A stretch of DNA of 64,000 bases, from NCBI GenBank assembly GCA_964499935.1, contig CAZCMS010000001.1, positions 674,452 through 738,451 on the forward strand, in the 5' to 3' direction. The DNA is from an uncultured Candidatus Saccharibacteria bacterium. Lineage in GTDB: Bacteria > Patescibacteriota > Saccharimonadia > Saccharimonadales > UBA4665. Below, one piece after another: positions 17,491 through 26,995 of the stretch. The number at the start of each line of letters is the position of its first letter. Position 1 is the stretch's first letter. Position numbers and translations under genes: made by a program. Below the pieces are notes generated by a model that saw only the letters and a program-made list of their open reading frames with translations, was not told where the DNA came from and did no database searches.

Positions 17491-20106
17491 TCACCTGAGC
17501 GAACTGAGCTCGGACAACTTCTCATCTTTCTTGTTGCTCAGGTGATTCTTTTTCGGTTTTTGCGCTGCACGTTTTTTCTCAACAAGCACTAGGTCTTGCT
17601 CCACGGGCGTAGTGATTCTGACTTGCGTTTGCTCTTGTAGCGTTTTAGCATACAGCAAACGAGAAGATTCTATAGCACGCTGACTGGTGTCCCTGTCGCC
17701 ATCGTCATCAACGACCACAGTCATACCTGACATTGACTCCTGTGAGTGTACTGCCGCTATGCGAATATAGTATGCGTAGGCTGGCAGGTTTGCTATCTCG
17801 CCTTGCTCAATGAAAGGACTAAAGAGTGGCAGTACGTATCTTTCATCGGCAGGGCTACCTGACCTAAAGCAAATGACCGTACCAACATTTGCCAGAATAA
17901 TATCGACAAGGCGCTGCTGGTCTTGCTGACTGGTAGACTGCTCGGCCATGGTGAGAAATAGTTTGTATTTTCGTGCTTCACTCAGCATCTGCACAAAACT
18001 CATGGTGGCAAAGTTCTGGAACTCATCAACGTAAAGATAGAATGGTACACGGTCATCCTGTCCAATCCGTGCTCGTCTCAGTGCTGCGGTCTGGAGTTTT
18101 GCCAGTATGGTCGTGCCGAATAGTGTTGAGGTGTCCTCACCGAGTAAACCTTTTGAAAAATTACAGATTAATATCTTCCGACTGGCAAGAATATCTTCGA
18201 AGTCTATCGTCGATTTAGGTTGCTCCAGTACCCGCTTTGCAGATCCAGAAAACAAGAAACGGCCAATTTTAGCAGTGATACCCGCTGCCATCTTGACTCG
18301 CTGGAATTCACCAGCCTTACCAAGTTCATTATCCCAAAAGTCCTTCAGGTGCTTATCTTCCAGATCCTTAACAACCTTACGTCGGAACTTCGTGTCATTG
18401 AGCAGCTCAAAGATAGTGAATAACGTCGACCCTTCAAGTGTGAGCGCAGTCTGTATCGCGTTACGCAGTACATACTCTATACGGTGACCGCCTGAGTCAT
18501 CTTCGGAAAATATCTTACGTAGCACAGAGATAGTCGCCTCGGTTACAAGATCCTTTTCGCGGAGCAGGTCATCGCCCTCAATACCATCAGGAAGCTCAAG
18601 TAGATTAACACCGATGGGATGCATCAAGTCGTCTGGATTCATATAGATTACATCTGGGATACGAGATTCAGGAATATAGCGCAGTAATCGCTCGGCAAGA
18701 TCACCGTGAGGGTCAAGCACCGCTACGCCGTTACCATTCTGAATATCCTGCAATATGCTATAGAACAGCATGGTTGTCTTACCGTTACCCGTACCACCAA
18801 TAACATAGACATGTCGTTCACGCTCAGCCTCAGTCAGCCCTATTGGTGTAACCACTCCGTGATGATGACTCTCTCCCAGTAGCACCGCGAGTTGCTGGCC
18901 AGATTTCAGCGATACAGGTGCTGGAAGCGTACGACTCAGTGAGCTCGCTACATTGTCTGTTTTGCTCATACGCCGAGAGGGTACGTGATACAACGCGGCC
19001 AACTCTGCAACAGACAGTACCGAAGATCTCTTTTGGAAGAGCGATGGCAAGCGACTATAGCTCAGTGTATGGTTGAGCCGATGAATCACGGGTAGTCGCT
19101 TCTTAGCCTTCAGTTCCTGGTATGGCGGCACGCTCAGCCCATCGAGGCTAGATTGGATAGCTTGTCGATGTTCTTTGGAATGGGGGCTAGTAATAAGCAA
19201 ACGAACATCTGTCCGAAACAACGGTCGACTCACTTTTTGGTGCATGGTCTGCATCAGTTCTAGTTCAAAAGCACTGAGTGTTCGAGCTGGTCGATCACGT
19301 AAGGAGGCCGGCAACTGCTGCCGAAGTTGTTTTTGTTTACTATCGTAATAATTTTTATGGCCATACGTCGTGCCCATATAGACTTCAGACGTCAGACTCG
19401 TCATGCCATTAAGGCTACTCGCAAAGAACCGAGAAACATGCCCTATGAGTGGCATCTGCCAACTACTTATTTCACTGAGGATGTTTTCGTTACCTAAGAT
19501 TTTATGTGTCAAGGTGTTCGCTTCGCGCAAACGCACCGGTCGAGTAACTAACTGTAAGGTAATCGATTCGTCGTCCTCAAGTTTAGTCATAGCACCCATA
19601 ACATAACCCAGGGGATCATGACCTTCAAATAATGAGGTCAATGTAAGTGGCATGACGTAGTGTCCAGACTGCTTAAACACCGTAGTATCGCTATGCTGCT
19701 GAGGTTGTTCGACCACGGTGCGGACTTTCGCATCTGGTACATAGCTTGTCAGCATTTTGTGGAGTACTTTTACGTACTTTGCTTCGCAGGCGATACGGTA
19801 GCGAATGCCCTCTGCTTTAGTTGAGGCTATCTCAAAACTCACGTGCGGTTCACGTCCGATCAGTCGCTCACGCAAGGTGCGAGACGAACGCAACCCATGA
19901 AAAACAGTGAAGAGCTGTTCGGTTGCCTCAGGTGTCTTTTCAATCGAGGCTGGTGGTGTCATTTCAAGCCAGACTAATTCTCGATTCAGTAAATACCGCC
20001 AATGGAGCACCCAAAGGATCATACGCATAAGTAGTACGGCGACAATGAGAGCAACCACAATGCCAACTACTATTGGCCAGTAATGAGTAATGGCGCTGGT
20101 GTCCAT
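17491..20106 (-). CDS. Type IV secretion coupling protein (TraG/TraD/VirD4-like ATPase)
   Basis: 871 aa with N-terminal TM helices, Walker A GGTGNGKTT and Walker B-like FYLYVDEFQNF. Confidence 0.8.
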   Translation of the reverse strand: MDTSAITHYWPIVVGIVVALIVAVLLMRMILWVLHWRYLLNRELVWLEMTPPASIEKTPEATEQLFTVFHGLRSSRTLRERLIGREPHVSFEIASTKAEGIRYRIACEAKYVKVLHKMLTSYVPDAKVRTVVEQPQQHSDTTVFKQSGHYVMPLTLTSLFEGHDPLGYVMGAMTKLEDDESITLQLVTRPVRLREANTLTHKILGNENILSEISSWQMPLIGHVSRFFASSLNGMTSLTSEVYMGTTYGHKNYYDSKQKQLRQQLPASLRDRPARTLSAFELELMQTMHQKVSRPLFRTDVRLLITSPHSKEHRQAIQSSLDGLSVPPYQELKAKKRLPVIHRLNHTLSYSRLPSLFQKRSSVLSVAELAALYHVPSRRMSKTDNVASSLSRTLPAPVSLKSGQQLAVLLGESHHHGVVTPIGLTEAERERHVYVIGGTGNGKTTMLFYSILQDIQNGNGVAVLDPHGDLAERLLRYIPESRIPDVIYMNPDDLMHPIGVNLLELPDGIEGDDLLREKDLVTEATISVLRKIFSEDDSGGHRIEYVLRNAIQTALTLEGSTLFTIFELLNDTKFRRKVVKDLEDKHLKDFWDNELGKAGEFQRVKMAAGITAKIGRFLFSGSAKRVLEQPKSTIDFEDILASRKILICNFSKGLLGEDTSTLFGTTILAKLQTAALRRARIGQDDRVPFYLYVDEFQNFATMSFVQMLSEARKYKLFLTMAEQSTSQQDQQRLVDIILANVGTVICFRSGSPADERYVLPLFSPFIEQGEIANLPAYAYYIRIAAVHSQESMSGMTVVVDDDGDRDTSQRAIESSRLLYAKTLQEQTQVRITTPVEQDLVLVEKKRAAQKPKKNHLSNKKDEKLSELSSLR

Positions 20107-20657
20107 AGTGGTGCTCCTATTTTACTGTGGATGAAATTGTAGTATGCAGCGGAATCTTTGCTGAAGGTGCGAGTGCTCACGATATTGAGACCTTTGACGT
20201 TCATTTCAGATATTGTCCATGCACCCGTGACAGCATCTACATCAAAGACGTAGGCAACATGCCCAAACTCACCACGATCACTTTGAAAGACTGCGCCGAC
20301 TCGTGGAGTGTGGTTCACCTCATATCCATCAGCTCTCGCCCGATCATCCCACGTATTCGCATTACCCCAAGTCGCTGGAATAGGACTACCCGCCCAGAGA
20401 CGCATCGCAAACGACCAGTACGTACAGTTACCCCAAGCGTACGTATTACCTGGTACTTCTGGTCCCATATAAAAACCTTGCGTGGCTGCTGCTTCGGCAT
20501 TTGGAGTGGCAGCCAGAAACGATAGCGCTTCCTCGCCCAGTGCTAACACCGACATAAAGGGCAGGCTTACAATCACCACCAGACTTACGACAACTGCTGC
20601 GATGTACTTACGTGTACCACCAGAGTTCATTAAGGTGACGACGAGACCTGTATTCAC
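20070..20657 (-). CDS. CHAP-domain peptidoglycan hydrolase
   Basis: 195 aa with an N-terminal TM/signal, catalytic Cys context GNCTYWS and His context GHVAYV. GTG start overlaps the VirB4 stop (GTGA). Confidence 0.75.
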   Translation of the reverse strand: MNTGLVVTLMNSGGTRKYIAAVVVSLVVIVSLPFMSVLALGEEALSFLAATPNAEAAATQGFYMGPEVPGNTYAWGNCTYWSFAMRLWAGSPIPATWGNANTWDDRARADGYEVNHTPRVGAVFQSDRGEFGHVAYVFDVDAVTGAWTISEMNVKGLNIVSTRTFSKDSAAYYNFIHSKIGAPLWTPAPLLITGQ

Positions 20658-22387
20658 GAATAGAGCTCCGCAGGATTGGTAGTAATGAGCGGATGTTCTT
20701 TCGGTGAGGCCACCACTTGCACTGCAACGTGATGCTGATCGGCAATAATCAGGGCATCACCTCGATCACAAGTAAGCAGGAACTGTTTCTCGTATTCACT
20801 CAGATTAAATTCGCTAACAACGTTTTTAATCGTGGTCGTATCTTGACGCATGAGAATACGAAGTGCACTTTGCGATGCAATGGCTCGTCCATAATCAGAT
20901 CTTAGAAAGTCATTGGCTTGCTGAGATATGATCGACACACCGAGGTAGTACTTGCGAGCACGACGCACGAGGCCTGACACAAATCGTGCAGACTCTTCAT
21001 GCTCAAGCAACATCCAACCCTCATCAATAATGAGGAGGCGCTTTTCGGGATTAGCTTTGACTTGGTTTTGTGTGAAATTCGAGATGATCAACATCATGAT
21101 TTGACGCAAGCTTTCGGGCAAGTCTTTAATATCGAAGATAACAAGACGGTTATCGAGTTGAATATTGGTATGCGCGTTAAAGACACTTGAAAGACTACCG
21201 GAGATATATTTCTCCAAGCGTTCACAGAGTTTGATCTGTCCAAGGCTGTGAAGTTCGGCATAGAAATCTTCAAGCAATGGCATCTGGTCTTTGTGTTTTT
21301 TATAGACTTTGAGGATGGCCTTATCTACCGCAGCTTTCTCGCGGGAACTAAGGCCTTCCGCCATCAACCCAATCACTTCAGTTAAGTCTTGAGCGTGTTC
21401 AGATAGGTCGTCGCCTTTATGAAAGGTGGTCGCAAGATCAAAGGGGTTAATCTTCTCGCTGCTTTTGGCTGACAATTTAATGTACGTGCCGTTGACCGAC
21501 TCAGCGAGCCGTTTATATTCACGCTCGGGATCAATCACAATTACTTTTGTGCCTTGCATAAGCTGACGGAGTATCTCAACCTTGGTTGTGTAGCTTTTAC
21601 CTGAGCCACTCTGGGCAAACACAATTGAATTGGCGTTATGGAGACTAAACCGATCAAGGATAACAAGACTATTGTTAGATTTGTTGACGCCATACAAGAT
21701 ACCAGACTCTTGCACGAGCTCACTACTCATGAACGGAAAGGTCAGTGCAGCCGAGCTACTATCCAAATTTCGTTTCTGAGCTAACTGATCTTCTCCTCGT
21801 GGCAAAATTGACTGCAAAGCCTCAAGCTGTTGGTAGCGAGCGATCTTGCTATAAAACAAGCGTGCCGATAAAGTCGCTTCAAGTAGTTTCGTAATCTTGT
21901 TGAGTTCCTCTAGGCTATCTGCGCGAAGACAGACGTAGATACTCATCTGAAACAGTTTTTCTTGGCCACGTTGGATTTTATCTCGCAGTTCAATTGCTGA
22001 TTCAAGTGGGTCGGTAATTTCGCTGCCGACAATCTTACCAGCCCGCATCATGGCGCGCTTGGTTGATTCAAGCTCAGTAATCTTACGATGCAACTTTGGC
22101 AGTGCAAGGAGCGCGTTCACTTCGTGTACATGATAGGAAATATCGCAGTCGTGGTTGAAGTTGATAATACTGTCCATCCAGCCAGAATTTGCTACGAACG
22201 GATAACCGGCGATGAACAGGGTACGGATATAAACGCCGTCAAGGCAGAGATAGTCTGCCTGCTCCTCCAGACCAGCATAGCTCAGTACATCAACGGCATC
22301 TTGCTCACCAAAGGCCAGAACTCGTTCTTTGGCCTTCTGCTGTCGTTGCTCGCGCTTCTTTGCAACTTTTTGTATAACTTGCTGCAT
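20654..22387 (-). CDS. virB4: VirB4/TrbE-like T4SS ATPase
   Basis: Walker A AQSGSGKSY and Walker B LLIIDEGW. Start set at the internal ATG (MQQVIQK) behind GGGAGGA, directly after the upstream gene stop. Confidence 0.85.
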   Translation of the reverse strand: MQQVIQKVAKKREQRQQKAKERVLAFGEQDAVDVLSYAGLEEQADYLCLDGVYIRTLFIAGYPFVANSGWMDSIINFNHDCDISYHVHEVNALLALPKLHRKITELESTKRAMMRAGKIVGSEITDPLESAIELRDKIQRGQEKLFQMSIYVCLRADSLEELNKITKLLEATLSARLFYSKIARYQQLEALQSILPRGEDQLAQKRNLDSSSAALTFPFMSSELVQESGILYGVNKSNNSLVILDRFSLHNANSIVFAQSGSGKSYTTKVEILRQLMQGTKVIVIDPEREYKRLAESVNGTYIKLSAKSSEKINPFDLATTFHKGDDLSEHAQDLTEVIGLMAEGLSSREKAAVDKAILKVYKKHKDQMPLLEDFYAELHSLGQIKLCERLEKYISGSLSSVFNAHTNIQLDNRLVIFDIKDLPESLRQIMMLIISNFTQNQVKANPEKRLLIIDEGWMLLEHEESARFVSGLVRRARKYYLGVSIISQQANDFLRSDYGRAIASQSALRILMRQDTTTIKNVVSEFNLSEYEKQFLLTCDRGDALIIADQHHVAVQVVASPKEHPLITTNPAELYS

Positions 22388-22388
22388 A

Positions 22389-23048
22389 CTACAATCCTCC
22401 CTCAGCCTGTACGAGTGCAGTGTGCATAAGCTGCAGAGCTTGCTCAGTGAGTGGCTGTAGCTTAGCTTGCGATGGATTATAGAAACTATAGAACAGATCA
22501 AGAATTTCGAGACTCGATAGCTGGCGAGTATGCATGCCGACGCGGGTCATACCTTTACTGACAATGTCGAGCTTGAGCGATAGCTGTTCCTTCACCAGTT
22601 CAAAGTTTGCTTTGCTATTACCAACATAGGGCACAATAACGTAGAAATGACGGGTTAGTATCTTGTTATTCGTAATGAGGGAACGAATAAACTCATCGTA
22701 GTATTCGAGCTGCGAACGGTAGATAGCTTCCGGCTCATTGTCTTTGCGAAGCGCCACATCGGCCAGATATTTATCCATATCAATTTCACGGGTGCGAATC
22801 AGAATCTGTAAACTACTGCCAACCGAGTTCAAGAAGCTCTCATAGGTATCAATAATCGCGTCCTGTTCGTCTTCACTCCTGAGTTCAAAGTTGAGTGATG
22901 ATACCTGTAGTACCGCCCGGTACTGGTGACGGGGTAACATAAGGATACCGTCACGTACCCCTTGAATATCTACCTGGCTACGACTTGACGCTTTGGCTTT
23001 CGACTTCTGTAAAGCGAACATGGAGGCCTCCTTTCTTGGTTGTTTCAT
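22389..23048 (-). CDS. T4SS-associated hypothetical protein (resembles the N-terminal domain of Gram-positive VirB4 homologues)
   Basis: 219 aa in the T4SS operon. The pattern DIQGVRDGILML..YRAVLQVSSLNFELRSEDEQ recalls VirB4/TcpF-type N-termini. No ATPase motifs. Confidence 0.4.
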   Translation of the reverse strand: MKQPRKEASMFALQKSKAKASSRSQVDIQGVRDGILMLPRHQYRAVLQVSSLNFELRSEDEQDAIIDTYESFLNSVGSSLQILIRTREIDMDKYLADVALRKDNEPEAIYRSQLEYYDEFIRSLITNNKILTRHFYVIVPYVGNSKANFELVKEQLSLKLDIVSKGMTRVGMHTRQLSSLEILDLFYSFYNPSQAKLQPLTEQALQLMHTALVQAEGGL

Positions 23049-23499
23049 ATCTTACGCCAGCTTCGGGGTTGTTGAGCGCCGACAGGATTTTGCTTGATAC
23101 ATGAAGTGGCAATCGGTCAGGTACGGCTGCGACTACCTCTAGGCTTTCTTCCTTCAGTTCCGTACCTGTCTCGACCTCACGGTAATCTTGCCGCAACTGA
23201 GTGGTATTTTTGTTCCATATATAGAGCTGAGGTCTCAGGTTGTATCGGAGAATGATCAGGAGCCAACTGGCCAAAATCTTGCCACGAATACGAATCGTCA
23301 AGATCAGACAGATGACCGCTACTATCGTCATAAGAATATATTTGTAGATAGTGCCTGCCATCATGGGCGGAGGTAAAACGTACAATCCAACACTGACAAA
23401 GATCGGGACAACGAGCAGTACTATTTGCGAAAAGCCAAGGCTGCCAATGATCCGATCCTCAATAGTCGTCACTTGCGCGGGAACAACAGTTACTTTCAT
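22978..23499 (-). CDS. PrgI/VirB3-like small membrane protein
   Basis: 173 aa. N-terminus MKVTVVPAQVTTIEDRIIGSLGFSQIVLL followed by two TM helices, as in PrgI-family proteins. Confidence 0.5.
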   Translation of the reverse strand: MKVTVVPAQVTTIEDRIIGSLGFSQIVLLVVPIFVSVGLYVLPPPMMAGTIYKYILMTIVAVICLILTIRIRGKILASWLLIILRYNLRPQLYIWNKNTTQLRQDYREVETGTELKEESLEVVAAVPDRLPLHVSSKILSALNNPEAGVRYETTKKGGLHVRFTEVESQSVKS

Positions 23500-24989
23500 A
23501 TTTTCTCTCCTTTCTTAGTGGTATTTACTTTTGTTTTCATATCCTCGACAGCAGCACTGCGCGATGTGGGCTCCGATGCCTCGTACGTTGATCCTGTTTT
23601 TTGAGACACGCCTTTTGGCGTTGGCTTTGCGTTATAGGCCATCTGAGCAGTACCCCGTTTATTTTCAGCACTTTGCGACTGTCCTGTTCGTATCGCCTGA
23701 TTTTCAACACCTGGCTGTATCCACTTTTTCTTCGCCGTATCTGCCTTGGAGCTTACTGCTGTGGCTGCTGCTTTGCCACCACCAGCAATGTAACTGACAC
23801 CGTTCATAAACTGGCCACCAAGCTTGCGAGCATTGCGCGATCCAAGACTGACGTAGCTAAATTGCATCATGACACCCTGTGTACGAAGTAATGCCATGAC
23901 CGTGGCGAGCCCTACGATCATCGCCAAAAGCGTATCTGGCGCCTGATTACTATTCACGGCTGACATACCTGTAAACAATGAGGCTGCCAGTTGCAGGATC
24001 ACCACATGCACGAACAGGACGAATATTGTTGAGAGATACGTCTTCGCTGCTGTCTCCGAGAAATCTCGAAAGCCAGGCACGAGCCAGAGAAGCACCACCA
24101 GTGGCGATAGTACCGCACCAATAAACAATGTCACCAAACGACCGACGTAATAGACCAACAGTATGACCGTAAAGATCAGAAATGCCATCATCATGAGCAG
24201 GGCAGCAACTCCCTGACCTCCAGATTCTTTAACGACGCTCGTAAGTATTTGCCATACCGACGAACTACCTGACAGTTTACCGACGGCCTGGATAAGCACG
24301 TTGGACAGCTCAATAATCCCATCAATCAGGAACAGCGACGTGTTAATCAGCAGGAATATGAGCCCAACTCTCGGAAGAAGGTGCTTAAACTCTATCTCGT
24401 CAAATCCAAAGCTCGCAGCACTCATGACATGTAATCCGATCAGCGCCAGTATCACCACAAACAGCGCATTCGCAATCGCCACCATGCCAAGCCACAGATT
24501 AAACACACTTTGGTTGTCCGCCATCAGCGGCGTTGCTTTCGTAAAGAAGTCTAATGCTGCCAGAAATGGCGAGGCCACTGCTTGAATAATGTTATTTAAG
24601 AACCCAGTGACAGCCTTAATCAAAATGTCGACAAGTCCGTTGCTGACGCTATTTGGTGGTATTGCCTGTAAACTCGGCAAACTACTTTGCTGTGTCGCCG
24701 TGTTATGCCCATAGGCATTCACTAGAATCGACGTCAGTGTTACTGCTGCAAGGACTATCACCATGCCGATCAATGCACTTTTTAGCACATGCTTAGCATG
24801 CTCCATCTGTTCAGGCCTACCGGCACTGGTCATATACATATAGCCCGAGTTCACAATGAAGAACGTACAGACAATGCCAGCTAACGCCGCAAAGAGTCGA
24901 ACAGTCGGCGTTACCCAATCTCTTACAACACTAACGGCACTCGATGCATCAGCAAAGAAAGATAGGTGGATGAGAAGTATGTCACTCAT
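23496..24989 (-). CDS. VirB6/TrbL-like polytopic T4SS channel protein with N-terminal pilin-like segment
   Basis: 497 aa with about 8 TM helices and a Lys/Thr-rich C-terminal tail. N-terminal segment SGYMYMTSAGRPEQMEHAKHVL is similar to the upstream pilin-like gene. Confidence 0.55.
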   Translation of the reverse strand: MSDILLIHLSFFADASSAVSVVRDWVTPTVRLFAALAGIVCTFFIVNSGYMYMTSAGRPEQMEHAKHVLKSALIGMVIVLAAVTLTSILVNAYGHNTATQQSSLPSLQAIPPNSVSNGLVDILIKAVTGFLNNIIQAVASPFLAALDFFTKATPLMADNQSVFNLWLGMVAIANALFVVILALIGLHVMSAASFGFDEIEFKHLLPRVGLIFLLINTSLFLIDGIIELSNVLIQAVGKLSGSSSVWQILTSVVKESGGQGVAALLMMMAFLIFTVILLVYYVGRLVTLFIGAVLSPLVVLLWLVPGFRDFSETAAKTYLSTIFVLFVHVVILQLAASLFTGMSAVNSNQAPDTLLAMIVGLATVMALLRTQGVMMQFSYVSLGSRNARKLGGQFMNGVSYIAGGGKAAATAVSSKADTAKKKWIQPGVENQAIRTGQSQSAENKRGTAQMAYNAKPTPKGVSQKTGSTYEASEPTSRSAAVEDMKTKVNTTKKGEKI

Positions 24990-25009
24990 GGCCGAGGCCT
25001 ACCTATCTC

Positions 25010-25354
25010 TTAGCTGCCCCCAAAGGCATTAGTTGCCAGTGTTGCCACGATATTACTGATGACAAAAGCAGCAATCACGATAGCTAAGCCGATAGCCGAC
25101 CAAGTGAGGGTACGTTTTGCCTTATCTAGCTGCTCAGGATTACCCGAACTTGTGATGTAGGTAAATCCGCCGACCACAAAAAAACCGGTCGCAATGAGAC
25201 CGGCCAAACCTGCAAGCGCTTGAATCACGCCTCGGACAAAGTTTTGAACTTGTCCTATATCTCCCCCGGCAGCAAACGCCGGGGCACTCACCGCTAACGG
25301 CATCCCCAACGCCACAAATGCTGCGACAAAAAGTTGTTGTTTATGCTTCTGCAA
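25010..25354 (-). CDS. VirB2/TrbC-like pilin
   Basis: Signal-like N-terminus ending AFAA, then two hydrophobic helices around TYITSSGNPEQLDKAKRTL. TTG start chosen behind GGAGGA; the track ATG at 25432 lacks an RBS. Confidence 0.5.
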   Translation of the reverse strand: MQKHKQQLFVAAFVALGMPLAVSAPAFAAGGDIGQVQNFVRGVIQALAGLAGLIATGFFVVGGFTYITSSGNPEQLDKAKRTLTWSAIGLAIVIAAFVISNIVATLATNAFGGS

Positions 25355-25676
25355 CTTGTTTTCCTCCACTAAATAGTTGATACAAGGGAAATGTATCACA
25401 CTTGTAAAGCCATAAATACAGCTTAAGCGCAATCATAAAAACATAACAATTATTATCAACAGGTGCGAAAACATTGACTATTTTACAATATACTTTTTTG
25501 CATTTTTATCGAAAGATGTCTTAATTTAATAATTATTTAATAATCTAGCTCCAGTTGGTGCTATGGTTGCCACCCCTATATTTAGAATAAGCCCAGAGAA
25601 GATAAATGAGCCTGCAACCCTACTTCAACGTATCTTATAAACCATGTAACTTTGCCTGCATCAAGGACTGTCTAGG

Positions 25677-26666
25677 CTACTGTAATTCGGCTTTAAGTAT
25701 TCTTGCTAAAGCATTCATACTATTAAATTCATAGAATGCAAGGTATGCCAGCGCAAGTTTTCTGGCGTCAGTCTTACGAAGACTGACGCCTTTGCCAATA
25801 GAACTAATAAGGATAGCGTTTGCAAGCATCCGGCCAGTTCGCTTATTGCCGTCTTCAAAAGCCTGCAGGTATGGAACAAGAGTCAACGCTAGCTGTGCAC
25901 GAACAAAAGGGTTTTTTGTACGGCTGATAATAGAGAGTATTGTTTCCATATTTTCTCTCAACAGAAGGGGATTGGCGAGTGGCTCATAATTGCTTGCACT
26001 AATTCTAACGATCTTTTTTCGGATCCCGGCATCGATTCCGAGATTGCGACCAATAATCCTATGGAGCTCTTCAACGGAACTGAAAGCGATACGGTCTGTA
26101 AATAATTCATGGTTCTCAACAATGAATGCAATAGTATCTTTATGATTGAGTATCATCTGAGTCTCAAACTCAGTTCGATTTTTTGCCTTAATACCCTCAA
26201 CAAGAAGGAGTTGAGTATCGAGCAATGTGTAGGTGTTGCCTTCAAGCGCAGATGATTTCCATGAGAGCTCTATCGTCAGGTGTTCTAGTTCTTTTGCCGA
26301 CATTTTATTGCCTGTTGTTAGTTCGGTGACTTTGCTATAGTCACTGAAAAGATTATCAAGCTGCTGGCCTGATAATGAGTCCAGCCAAGTAATAAAGGCA
26401 TGACGGAATATACTTTGTGGACGATTCTCGTCTTCTAGAAGTTTATCGGCTATCATCGCGTGCATAACGGCTTCGTAGCTAGGACTATAGCTGGGACTAT
26501 TATTTGTGCCACTCTTACTAATAAGCCCAATGTCAGTAAGCCTCGCGAGTGCCCTCTGAATAGAGCGAATATCTACGTCTGGTAGATGCTTGCTGATTTC
26601 GGATGATGTCGTATCACCATTGAGTAAGTACAAGAGTACATACGAAGTTCTTTTGGTTATGTTCAT
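25677..26666 (-). CDS. Fic/Doc-family protein with N-terminal winged-helix domain, degenerate active site
   Basis: 329 aa with a wHTH N-terminus and inhibitory-type motif SSALEG. The active-site region QAFEDGNKRTGR is Doc-like (NKR) with Gln in place of the catalytic His. Confidence 0.7.
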   Translation of the reverse strand: MNITKRTSYVLLYLLNGDTTSSEISKHLPDVDIRSIQRALARLTDIGLISKSGTNNSPSYSPSYEAVMHAMIADKLLEDENRPQSIFRHAFITWLDSLSGQQLDNLFSDYSKVTELTTGNKMSAKELEHLTIELSWKSSALEGNTYTLLDTQLLLVEGIKAKNRTEFETQMILNHKDTIAFIVENHELFTDRIAFSSVEELHRIIGRNLGIDAGIRKKIVRISASNYEPLANPLLLRENMETILSIISRTKNPFVRAQLALTLVPYLQAFEDGNKRTGRMLANAILISSIGKGVSLRKTDARKLALAYLAFYEFNSMNALARILKAELQ

Positions 26667-26995
26667 ACGACAATTTTAGCATTTATTTTTATATTTTACG
26701 CATTTTTGTCGTATCCAAAGAGATTTTAACAGCTGTAACGAACATGTCTCGAGCAATAGCAGTAGGTAGGCACGCCTTTAGTGCTGTTTTGTATTTTTCT
26801 TGCGCTCTTCCTTTACGATTACTGGCTCTCAACTAGTAGCACATTTTATATTGAAACTCTTTTGCGCCCCACTTAGAATCGATAGATACCCTAAGTTGTT
26901 CTTAAATACTTCAAAATAGACTTTATATGACTAAATGGACGAGCGGTTTACTTTATACCAAAAACCACTCGCTTTGGGCATTCGAATTCCATATT

